DNA of 64,000 nucleotides from Nemertoderma westbladi (lineage: Eukaryota > Animalia > Xenacoelomorpha), in NCBI GenBank assembly GCA_032718475.1, contig JAUCBJ010003079.1, forward strand, positions 1-64,000, written 5' to 3'. Below the pieces are notes generated by a model, which was not told where the DNA came from, did not search any database, and was given only the letters and a program-made list of their open reading frames with translations. The stretch's first letter is position 1. Each line of letters starts with the position of its first letter. The translations under genes and the position numbers were made by a program. Positions 39,583 to 51,459 of the stretch are shown piece by piece.

Positions 39583-40530
39583 TAGGTAAGATCTTACCAA
39601 ATTAATTACAATAATTCAGAGTGAACAATAAATCCGTCTACAACTGCAACTTTACTATGTATGTGAGAGATATATTTCCAGCCTGCTTCCAATCGGAATG
39701 GCAGTACAATATTCTAGAATGCATATTAAGCATAGAATATATGCAAAGCATAGCCAGCTGGCTTTGGAGGACCTGGTATTATTCACATGGGCGCTTATTG
39801 GCATTCGGAGCTCTGTATGCAACCTTTATGTATGTGCATTAAGTCAATATAATATCATGTGAAGAAAACCTTTGTATTACTAAATTGAAACTAGGCTTAT
39901 GGACTTTCTGTGGAAAACAACTATCAAAGTGTTTTGATCCGTTCTTGTGATATTTAGCATCGAAATTTTACGAATAAAGATAGAATGGTCTTTATTCCTA
40001 CATATGTACATGTATGGAAGGAAGGTGAAACAAAGGCAACATAATATTTTCATAAAAATAGCGGATATTTACGGGCGGTGAAATAGGCAGTTTTTTTAGA
40101 ACGAAATTTCTTAGGGATGGATGATAAGGGATAAAATATTATTTGTTTTAAAAGGTATTGTAATAAACGGTTCATATTTTTATATTACAGGATCAAGCAA
40201 CAATATCAAGCAATAAAGTAATTTAGTAAAAGTAGCCAATTTTATTTTATAAAAAGAATAAAATGGCGTATTGCTAACAATGCAAAGTAAGACTACATTC
40301 TTTCACGTCTCGAGAATGTTGAAAGAAATTTATGCTTTTCTTGTTTAAAGTTCCCTAATACCTAAAAATAATGTCTATTACCAAATATTTGAGGACATAT
40401 GTATATGGAAAGTTGTGAGATATAAGATTTAAATGCATTTCATTTATTAAGTTCATTGCCAAGTCAGTACTTTACAAAAGTGTTTAAAAATTTCATATTT
40501 GAGATAGAGAAGCATTTCGCCTTGTTTTGA

Positions 40531-40950
40531 CCATTTTAGGTTTATATAATATACTCCAAGCCATACTTACAAGTCTTCCTCATCTTACATACCTTGTGCG
40601 GTATTTCTGTTTTTTTACTTTATTTCCCTGATGATGCCCCTAGTGGGAGAAATTAATTGGATTGTATAATAAAACAGATAGAGTCGGGCGTAAAGAAACT
40701 CCTTTATTTCTCAGTCAGTGCACGAAATGCATTGTCGCGCCCTGAAGTCGGCTTGCCGTTTGATTAATAACTTTAATATGATAGATGTCTGGCTATGAGT
40801 AAAATGCAATGACTTCACATATATATGTCTTAAGTCAAATGTGAATGAGCTACAAGTACGTTAAAGCACCAATATTAACATTATGTGAAGAAAACCTTTG
40901 ATGCCTAAAATGATCTATGGCTATGAGTAAAGGGTAACAGTATAACATAA
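40531..40950 (+). repeat. Module A, copy 2 (420 bp)
   Basis: Direct repeat of 384-865 at offset 40147, with a 62-bp deletion. Confidence 0.95.
40625..40661 (+). ncRNA. Second copy of the minimal hammerhead-like motif
   Basis: Identical to 478-514. Confidence 0.5.
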
Positions 40951-43900
40951 GGGCTATCGTCCCCAACACCCCCACTTCGTTTCTTGGGGGCTATCGTCCC
41001 CAACACCCCCACTTCTTTTCTTGGGGGCTATCGTCCCCAACACCCCCACTTCTTTTCTTGGGGGCTATCGTCCCCAACACCCCCACTTCTTTTCTTGGGG
41101 GCTATCGTCCCCAACACCCCACTTCTTTTCTTGGGGGCTATCGTCCCCAACACCCCCACTTCTTTTCTTGGGGGTTATCGTCCCCAACACCCCCACTTCT
41201 TTTCTTGGGGGCTATCGTCCCCAACACCCCCACTTATTTTCTTGGGGGCTATCGTCCCCAACACCCCCACTTCTTTTCTTGGGGGCTATTGTCCCCAACA
41301 CCCCCACTTCTTTTCTTGGGGGCTATCGTCCCCAACACCCCCACTTGTTTTCTTGGGGGCTATCGTCCCCAACACCCCCACTTCTTTTCTTGGGGGCTAT
41401 CGTCCCCAACACCCCCACTTCTTTTCTTGTGGGCTATCGTCCCCAACACCTCCAACTTCTTTTCTTGGGGGCTATCGTCCCCATCACCCCCACTTCTCTT
41501 CTTGGGGGCTATCGTCCCCAACACCCCCACTTCTTTTCTTGGGGGCTATCGTCCCCAACACCCCCCACTTCTTTTCTTGGGGGCTATCGTGCCCAACACC
41601 CCCACTTCTTTTCTTGGGGGCTATCGTCCCCAACACCCCCACTTCTTTTCTTGGGGGCTATCGTCCCCAACACCCCCACTTCTTTTCTTGGGGGCTATCG
41701 TCCCCAACACCCCCACTTCTTTTCTTGGGGTCTATCGTCCCCAACACCCCCACTTCTTTTCTTGGGGGCTATCGTCCCCAACACCCCCACTTCTTTTCTT
41801 GGGGGCTATCGTCCCCAACACCCCCACTTCTTTTCTTGGGGGCTATCGTCGCCAACACCCCCACTTCTTTTCTTGGGGGCTATCGTCCCCAACACCCCCA
41901 CTTCTTTTCTTGGGGGCTATCGTCCCCAACACCCCCACTTCTTTTCTTGGGGGCTATCGTCCCCAACACCCCCCCTTCTTTTCTTGGGGGCTATCGTCCC
42001 CAACACCCCCACTTCTTTTCTTGGGGGCAATCGTCCCCAACACCCCCACTTCTTTTCTTGGGGGCTATCGTCCCCAACACCCCCACTTCTTTTCTTGAGG
42101 GCAATCGTCCCCAACACCCCCACTTCTTTTCTTGGGGGCTATCGTCCCCAACACCCCCACTTCTTTTCTTGGGGGCTATCGTCGCCAACACCCCCACTTC
42201 TTTTCTTGGGGGCAATCGTCCCCAACACCCCCACTTCTTTTCTTGGGGGCTATCGTCCCCAACACCCCCACTTCTTTTCTTGGGGGCTATCGTCGCCAAC
42301 ACCCCCACTTCTTTTCTTGGGGGCTATCGTCCCCAACACCCCCAATTCTTTTCTTGGGGGCTATCGTCCCCAACACCCCCACTTCTTTTCTTGGGGGCTA
42401 TCGTCGCCAACACCCCCACTTCTTTTCTTGGGGGCTATCGTCCCCAACACCCCCACTTCTTTTCTTGGGGGCTATTGTCCCCAGCATCCCCACTTCTTTT
42501 CTTGGGGGCTATCGTCGCCAACACCCCCACTTCTTTTCTTGTGGCCTATCGTCCCCAACACCCCCACTTCTTTTCTTGGGGGCTATCGTCGCCAACACCC
42601 CCACTTCTTTTCTTGTGGCCTATCGTCCCCAACACCCCCACTTCTTTTCTTGGGGGCTATCGTCGCCAACACCCCCACTTCTTTTCTTGGGGGCTATCGT
42701 CCCCAACACCCCCAATTCTTTTCTTGGGGGCTATCGTCCCCAACACCCCCACTTCTTTTCTTGGGGGCTATCGTCGCCAACACCCCCACTTCTTTTCTTG
42801 GGGGCTATCGTCCCCAACACCCCCACTTCTTTTCTTGGGGGCTATTGTCCCCAGCATCCCCACTTCTTTTCTTGGGGGCTATCGTCGCCAACACCCCCAC
42901 TTCTTTTCTTGGGGGCTATCGTCCCCAACACCCCCACTTCTTTTCTTGGGGGCTATCGTCCCCAACACCCCCACTTCTTTTCTTGGGGGCTATCGTCGCC
43001 AACACCCCCACTTCTTTTCTTGGGGGCTATCGTCCCCAACACCCCCAATTCTTTTCTTGGGGGCTATCGTCCCCAACACCCCCACTTCTTTTCTTGGGGG
43101 CTATCGTCGCCAACACCCCCACTTCTTTTCTTGGGGGCTATCGTCCCCAACACCCCCACTTCTTTTCTTGGGGGCTATTGTCCCCAGCATCCCCACTTCT
43201 TTTCTTGGGGGCTATCGTCGCCAACACCCCCACTTCTTTTCTTGGGGGCTATCGTCCCCAACACCCCCACTTCTTTTCTTGGGGCCTATCGTCCCCAACA
43301 CCCCCACTTCTTTTCTTGGGGGCTATCGTCGCCAACACCCCCACTTCTTTTCTTGGGGGCTATCGTCCCCAACACCCCCACTTCTTTTCTTGGGGGCTAT
43401 CGTCCCCAACACCCCCACTTCTTTTCTTGGGGGCTATCGTCCCCAACACCCCCACTTCTTTTCTTGGGGGCTATCGTCCCCAACACCCCCACTTCTTTTC
43501 TTGGGGGCTATCGTCGCCAACACCCCCACTTCTTTTCTTGGGGGCTATCGTCCCCAACACCCCCACTTCTTTTCTTGGGGGCTATCGTCCCCAACACCCC
43601 CACTTCTTTTCTTGGGGGCTATCGTCGCCAACACCCCCACTTCTTTTCTTGGGGGCTATCGTCCCCAACACCCCCACTTCTTTTCTTGGGGGCTATTGTC
43701 CCCAGCATCCCCACTTCTTTTCTTGGGGGCTATCGTCGCCAACACCCCCACTTCTTTTCTTGTGGGCTATCGTCCCCAACACCCCCACTTCTTTTCTTGG
43801 GGGCTATCGTCGCCAACACCCCCACTTCTTTTCTTGTGGGCTATCGTCCCCAACACCCCCACTTCTTTTCTTGGGGGCTATCGTCCCCAACACCCCCACT

Positions 43901-46900
43901 TCTTTTCTTGGGGGCTATCGTCCCCAACACCCCCACTTCTTTTCTTGGGGGCTATCGTCCCCAACACCCCCACTTCTTTTCTTGGGGGCTATCGTCGCCA
44001 ACACCCCCACTTCTTTTCTTGGGGGCTATCGTCCCCAACACCCCCACTTCTTTTCTTGGGGGCTATCGTCCCCAACACCCCCACTTCTTTTCTTGGGGGC
44101 TATCGTCCCCAACACCCCCACTTCTTTTCTTGGGGGCTATCGTCCCCAACACCCCCACTTCTTTTCTTGGGGGCTATCGTCCCCAACACCCCCACTTCTT
44201 TTCTTGGGGGCTATCGTCGCCAACACCCCCACTTCTTTTCTTGGGGGCTATCGTCCCCAACACCCCCAATTCTTTTCTTGGGGGCTATCGTCCCCAACAC
44301 CCCCACTTCTTTTCTTGGGGGCTATCGTCGCCAACACCCCCACTTCTTTTCTTGGGGGCTATCGTCCCCAACACCCCCACTTCTTTTCTTGGGGGCTATT
44401 GTCCCCAGCATCCCCACTTCTTTTCTTGGGGGCTATCGTCGCCAACACCCCCACTTCTTTTCTTGGGGGCTATCGTCCCCAACACCCCCACTTCTTTTCT
44501 TGGGGGCTATCGTCCCCAACACCCCCACTTCTTTTCTTGGGGGCTATCGTCGCCAACACCCCCACTTCTTTTCTTGGGGGCTATCGTCCCCAACACCCCC
44601 ACTTCTTTTCTTGGGGGCTATCGTCCCCAACACCCCCACTTCTTTTCTTGGGGGCTATCGTCGCCAACACCCCCACTTCTTTTCTTGGGGGCTATCGTCC
44701 CCAACACCCCCACTTCTTTTCTTGGGGGCTATTGTCCCCAGCATCCCCACTTCTTTTCTTGGGGGCTATCGTCGCCAACACCCCCACTTCTTTTCTTGGG
44801 GGCTATCGTCCCCAACACCCCCACTTCTTTTCTTGGGGCCTATCGTCCCCAACACCCCCACTTCATTTCTTGGGGGCTATCGTCGCCAACACCCCCACTT
44901 CTTTTCTTGGGGGCTATCGTCCCCAACACCCCCACTTCTTTTCTTGGGGGCTATCGTCCCCAACACCCCCACTTCTTTTCTTGGGGGCTATCGTCCCCAA
45001 CACCCCCACTTCTTTTCTTGGGGGCTATCGTCCCCAACACCCCCACTTCTTTTCTTGGGGGCTATCGTCGCCAACACCCCCACTTCTTTTCTTGGGGGCT
45101 ATCGTCCCCAACACCCCCACTTCTTTTCTTGGGGGCTATCGTCCCCAACACCCCCACTTCTTTTCTTGGGGGCTATCGTCGCCAACACCCCCACTTCTTT
45201 TCTTGGGGGCTATCGTCCCCAACACCCCCACTTCTTTTCTTGGGGGCTATCGTCCCCAACACCCCCACTTCTTTTCTTGGGGGCTATCGTCGCCAACACC
45301 CCCACTTCTTTTCTTGGGGGCTATCGTCCCCAACACCCCCACTTCTTTTCTTGGGGGCTATCGTCGCCAACACCCCCACTTCTTTTCTTGGGGGCTATCG
45401 TCCCCAACACCCCCACTTCTTTTCTTGGGGGCTATCGTCGCCAACACCCCCACTTCTTTTCTTGGGGGCTATCGTCCCCAACACCCCCACTTCTTTTCTT
45501 GGGGGCTATCGTCCCCAACACCCCCACTTCTTTTCTTGGGGGCTATCGTCGCCAACACCCCCACTTCTTTTCTTGGGGGCTATCGTCCCCAACACCCCCA
45601 CTTCTTTTCTTGGGGGCTATTGTCCCCAGCATCCCCACTTCTTTTCTTGGGGGCTATCGTCGCCAACACCCCCACTTCTTTTCTTGGGGGCTATCGTCCC
45701 CAACACCCCCACTTCTTTTCTTGGGGGCTATCGTCCCCAACACCCCCACTTCTTTTCTTGGGGGCTATCGTCGCCAACACCCCCACTTCTTTTCTTGGGG
45801 GCTATCGTCCCCAACACCCCCAATTCTTTTCTTGGGGGCTATCGTCCCCAACACCCCCACTTCTTTTCTTGGGGGCTATCGTCGCCAACACCCCCACTTC
45901 TTTTCTTGGGGGCTATCGTCCCCAACACCCCCACTTCTTTTCTTGGGGGCTATTGTCCCCAGCATCCCCACTTCTTTTCTTGGGGGCTATCGTCGCCAAC
46001 ACCCCCACTTCTTTTCTTGGGGGCTATCGTCCCCAACACCCCCACTTCTTTTCTTGTGGCCTATCGTCCCCAACACCCCCACTTCATTTCTTGGGGGCTA
46101 TCGTCGCCAACACCCCCACTTCTTTTCTTGGGGGCTATCGTCCCCAACACCCCCACTTCTTTTCTTGGGGGCTATCGTCGCCAACACCCCCACTTCTTTT
46201 CTTGGGGGCTATCGTCCCCAACACCCCCACTTCTTTTCTTGGGGGCTATCGTCCCCAACACCCCCACTTCTTTTCTTGTGGCCTATCGTCCCCAACACCC
46301 CCACTTCTTTTCTTGGGGGCTATCGTCGCCAACACCCCCACTTCTTTTCTTGGGGGCTATCGTCCCCAACACCCCCACTTCTTTTCTTGGGGGCTATTGT
46401 CCCCAGCATCCCCACTTCTTTTCTTGGGGGCTATCGTCCCCAACACCCCCACTTCTTTTCTTGGGGGCTATCGTCCCCAACACCCCCACTTCTTTTCTTG
46501 GGGGCTATCGTCCCCAACCCCCCACTTCTTTTCTTGTGGGCTATCGTCCCCAACACCCCCACTTCTTTTCTTGGGGGCTATCGTCCCCAACACCCCAACT
46601 TCTTTTCTTGGGGGCTATCGTCCCCAACACCCCCACTTCTTTTCTTGGGGGCTATCGTCCCCAACACCCCCACTTCTTTTCTTGGGGGCTATCGTCGCCA
46701 ACACCCCCACTTCTTTTCTTGGGGGCAATCGTCCCCAACACCCCCACTTCTTTTCTTGGGGGCTATCGTCCCCAACACCCCCACTTCTTTTCTTGGGGGC
46801 TATCGTCGCCAACACCCCCACTTCTTTTCTTGGGGGCTATCGTCCCCAACACCCCCAATTCTTTTCTTGGGGGCTATCGTCCCCAACACCCCCACTTCTT

Positions 46901-48899
46901 TTCTTGGGGGCTATCGTCGCCAACACCCCCACTTCTTTTCTTGGGGGCTATCGTCCCCAACACCCCCACTTCTTTTCTTGGGGGCTATTGTCCCCAGCAT
47001 CCCCACTTCTTTTCTTGGGGGCTATCGTCGCCAACACCCCCACTTCTTTTCTTGGGGGCTATCGTCCCCAACACCCCCACTTCTTTTCTTGTGGCCTATC
47101 GTCCCCAACACCCCCACTTCATTTCTTGGGGGCTATCGTCGCCAACACCCCCACTTCTTTTCTTGGGGGCTTATCGTCCCCAACACCCCCACTTCTTTTC
47201 TTGGGGACTATCGTCCCCAACACCCGCATTTCTTTTCTTGGGGGCTATCGTCCCCAACACCCCCACTTCTTTTCTTGGGGGCTATTGTCCCCAGCATCCC
47301 CACTTCTTTTCTTGGGGGCTATCGTCGCCAACACCCCCACTTCTTTTCTTGGGGGCTATCGTCCCCAACACCCCCACTTCTTTTCTTGGGGGATATCGTC
47401 CCCAACACCCCCACTTCTTTTCTTGTGGGCTATCGTCCCCAACACCCCCACTTCTTTTCTTGGGGGCTATCGTCCCCAACACCCCCACTTCTTTTCTTGG
47501 GGGCTATCGTCCCCAACCCCCCACTTATTTTCTTGTGGGCTATCGTCCCCAACACCCCCACTTCTTTTCTTGGGGGCTATCGTCCCCAACACCCCAACTT
47601 CTTTTCTTGGGGGCTATCGTCCCCAACACCCCCACTTCTTTTCTTGGGGGCTATCGTCCCCAACACCCCCACTTCTTTTCTTGGGGGCTATCGTCCCCAA
47701 CACCCCCACTTCTTTTCTTGTGGGCTATCGTCCCCAACACCCCCACTTCTTTTCTTGGGGGCTATCGTCCCCAACACCCCCACTTCTTTTCTTGGGGGAT
47801 ATCGTCCCCAACACCCCCACTTCTTTTCTTGGGGGCTATCATCCCCAACACCCCCACTTCTTTTCTTGGGGGATATCGTCCCCAACACCCCAACTTCTTT
47901 TCTTGGGGGCTATCGTCCCCAACACCCCCACTTCTTTTCTTGGGGGCTATCGTCCCCAACACCCCCACTTCTTTTCTTGTGGGCTATCGTCCCCAACACC
48001 CCCACTTCTTTTCTTAGGGTCTATCGTCCCCAACACCCCCACTTCTTTTCTTGGGGGATATCGTCCCCAACACCCCCACTTATTTTCTTGGAGGCTATCA
48101 TCCCCAACACCCCCACTTCTTTTCTTGGGGGATATCGTCCCCAACACCCCAACTACTTTTCTTGGGGGCTATCGTCCCCAACACCCCCACTTCTTTTCTT
48201 GGGGTCTATCGTCGCCAACACCCCCACTTCTTTTCTTGGGGGCTATCGTCCCCAACACCCCCACTTCTTTTCTTGGGGGCTATCGTCCCCAACACCCCCA
48301 CTTCTTTTCTTGGGGGCTATCGTCGCCAACACCCCCACTTCTTTTCTTGTGGGCTATCGTCCCCAACACCCCAACTTCTTTTCTTGGGGGCTATCGTCCC
48401 CAACACCCCCACTTCTTTTCTTGGGGGCTATCGTCCCCAACACCCCCACTTCTTTTCTTGTGGGCTATCGTCCCCAACACCCCCACTTCTTTTCTTAGGG
48501 TCTATCGTCCCCAACACCCCCACTTCTTTTCTTGGGGGATATCGTCCCCAACACCCCCACTTATTTTCTTGGAGGCTATCATCCCCAACACCCCCACTTC
48601 TTTTCTTGGGGGATATCGTCCCCAACACCCCAACTACTTTTCTTGGGGGCTATCGTCCCCAACACCCCCACTTCTTTTCTTGGGGTCTATCGTCGCCAAC
48701 ACCCCCACTTCTTTTCTTGGGGGCTATCGTCCCCAACACCCCCACTTCTTTTCTTGGGGGCTATCGTCCCCAACACCCCCACTTCTTTTCTTGGGGGCTA
48801 TCGTCGCCAACACCCCCACTTCTTTTCTTGGGGGCTATCGTCCCCAACACCCCCACTTCTTTTCTTGGGGGCTATCGTCCCCAACACCCCCACTTCTTT
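40951..48899 (+). repeat. 37-bp satellite, ~215 units
   Basis: Same monomer as 866-1342. Variant monomers recur at multiples of 37, and a 481-bp (13-mer) duplication lies near the right end. Confidence 0.99.
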
Positions 48900-49149
48900 A
48901 ATAAAAACAGTATATCATTCGGGAGATGGAATTTATAGGTCATCTAATTAATTGTTTAAAGATTAGCAAACGATACGATGTAATTGCATTGATAAAATCC
49001 TTAAATAAAACTTGGATATAAAATGTAAAATCGGGATGCAAAAGATCACTTTCTGAGCTACGAAAGGAAAATTGGATACAACTTGTCTGGATACAAGCGG
49101 TCCGTTTACCTTAAAAAATAAAAAATACGAATGTGCGAAGTTAAGAACA

Positions 49150-49372
49150 GTCGTGGGGGGGAGGGGGGGAGTGTCCGGGGCGAAGTGTCTGGGGGGGGGG
49201 GGGGGAGTGTCCGGGGGGGAAGTGTCCTACTTTAACAGGGGAAACTGTCCGGGGGATAAGTGTCTGGAGGGGAAGTGTCTGGGGAGAAAGTGTCCGGGGG
49301 AAATGTCTTAGTTAAACGGGGGGGGGGGGGGGGGGGGGGATACTGTCCGGGGGAGGGGAGTGTTCGAACACC
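49150..49372 (+). repeat. G-rich degenerate short tandem repeat (AAGTGTCCGGGGG-like) with poly-G runs
   Basis: About 9-10 copies of (A)GTGTC(C/T)GGGG plus long pure G runs. Confidence 0.85.
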
Positions 49373-49711
49373 ATAATTTTCTGTTTAATGTCAAATGCAC
49401 AGCAACATAAAAAGTTTTGAATCATATACAATGCGAGTGAATATACGTGTGAAGATAATGTGTGAACAAATAAATGTTATCCATGAAATAACCTTGGTCG
49501 TTAGGGGGCGTACTAATGTATAGATTGGAGTGTTTTTATGAGTGCAAACATCATGTATTCTTCACACGGCTGGATTTAGCTTTAAAATAACTTATAAGAT
49601 TTTTACTTTCGTTTGACGGCCATGTGAAGAAAACGTGAGAAGAAACTTTTTTTGTGAACATAACAGGTATTATGACACATATGATGTGATCAAAACATGC
49701 ACCATCCCCGG

Positions 49712-49748
49712 ACACACACACACACACTAACACACACACACACACACA
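49712..49748 (+). repeat. (AC)n microsatellite, interrupted
   Basis: ACACACAC...TAACACACAC. Confidence 0.9.
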
Positions 49749-50442
49749 TTACGGTAATAATGGTCACCTATGTCAAGGACCGTGAACCAATAAAAGTGGC
49801 GCATATTATTGTACATTTACAACAACAATTATATAAATGCAATATGCCTGATCCCTATTAATGTACTTTGTACCGCCAATTCTGTAATTCAATAACGCAA
49901 AGCCGCGTTTACTGTACAGCAGCACGTAATATATTTGATACTTATTATACTAACTAAACTAACAAACCGCAAGGCCTACTTACCGAAATAAATTAACTTT
50001 CAGTTAAATACAATATACTTGTTTGCTCTGTAAAAATTTTAATTAAAAACAATCCTGCCATTTAATATACCTAATTAGCATGGTTGCGTAAGCAGTATGA
50101 ATTGGAATGAAATTGTGAAATAATTTATTTAAACTATTATGTACATTTAGATTAAATAATAATACAGTAAGTTGGCCTACAGAAATAAACATTGATATTC
50201 GGAACAGTAAAACAATTATTTATTTCATTCATTCAACTAACCAGAGAGACTCATAGCTCCAGTGAATATTAACATCCCGACGTTACTTTAGTAATAATAT
50301 TAATGTCATTGAACCCGATACACACACACCTCCAATCAGCCAGTTCAATGGAGAGTGAGTGAATGGATGGCTACTAGCAGCAGCAGCAGTCTGCCTCTTA
50401 CAAGCAAGGCTGACTGAATACCTCAAGTGTTGCTGGGAATCA

Positions 50443-51003
50443 AGCCAACTTGGATGTTAACCAATAAATGAGCAGTATTTAATGAGAATACATTTTTTAT
50501 GCCGGTTTAATTACTTTAGATCAATTAAAGACACGATTATTAAAGCAAATCACTTGAACTAATTAAAAACTATAATAGAATGGAGTATGCGGATTACATC
50601 TGTATATTTTTTAAGTATAATTATTGAAGTCTTATACTGTAAAACAATTAATTTCCTTTAAAAGGCAGGTTGAAAATGGTGTTTTTACCGTAATCAACTT
50701 AATTAACTAATTAACTGCTATTATCTTAGCTTCTCGAAGGCCACACGGAAATTCTACTTGGAAAATTTCTAAACTTTTGCCATACAACATGTGTACCAAG
50801 TTTGGATAGATTTCATCAAAGATTGGCCGAGTTATTAACGTTTAAAATTGAACACGACAGAACGACAGAACGACAGAACGACAGAACGACAGGTTGATTA
50901 ATGGTACCACTACGCTAAGGCTCACTCACTTCGTGGCTCGCCCCACAGGTTGATTAATGGTACCACTACGCTAAGGCTCACTCACTTCGTGGCTCGCCCC
51001 ACA
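50443..51003 (+). mobile_element. Non-autonomous Helentron/HINE (DINE-1-like) element, copy 1, with its last 56 bp duplicated
   Basis: Inverted copy at 60820-61323. Carries an (ACGACAGA)n microsatellite near the 3' end followed by a GC-rich terminal segment. Family assignment is inferred from architecture only. Confidence 0.65.
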
Positions 51004-51459
51004 TGATGCCACTTCGTCAGAAAGCGGGACACATCAATAGAATTACAGGAAAACAATTAATATGTGCCTGGATTGAAAATTATACAAGATATTCATTAAT
51101 AAAAAGTACCTTCCCGCGTTAAATTTTAATGCGGTTTTAATGAACTATTATTTATTCAGTTTTTGTTGGGAGAACCATGTGAACGAACCCCTAAATTTGT
51201 ATAAAATTTTGGATAATAATTTAACAATTTAACAATCACATTTTTCGAATTTTTTTTGCTCCACTAGAAAATAGACATGTTGAACATGTAATTATTACAC
51301 TTCTTATGTATTTTTGAACTAATTTACAAGTGAAATTCTCGAACTCTCACATAATGATAGCAATCATAAATGTAATGTGATAAAGTTAAAACGGCATTGA
51401 AAATTGATTTATCTGTTCTTTAGAGCGATTATAACTTTTGGTTATTGGTCTCCCTCACT

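Noticed and set aside
39621-39842. 73-aa ORF right of the array
   Set aside because: GTG start, no recognisable motif, and a length expected by chance.
384-40950. Autonomous LTR retrotransposon defined by the two module A copies
   Set aside because: No TG...CA ends, PBS, PPT, TSD or gag/pol sequence recognisable between the repeats.
40984-48951. Giant 2000-2600-aa ORFs
   Set aside because: A 37-bp stop-free monomer cycles through all three frames, giving the same 37-aa repeat in each. Starts are non-ATG and indels are tolerated freely.
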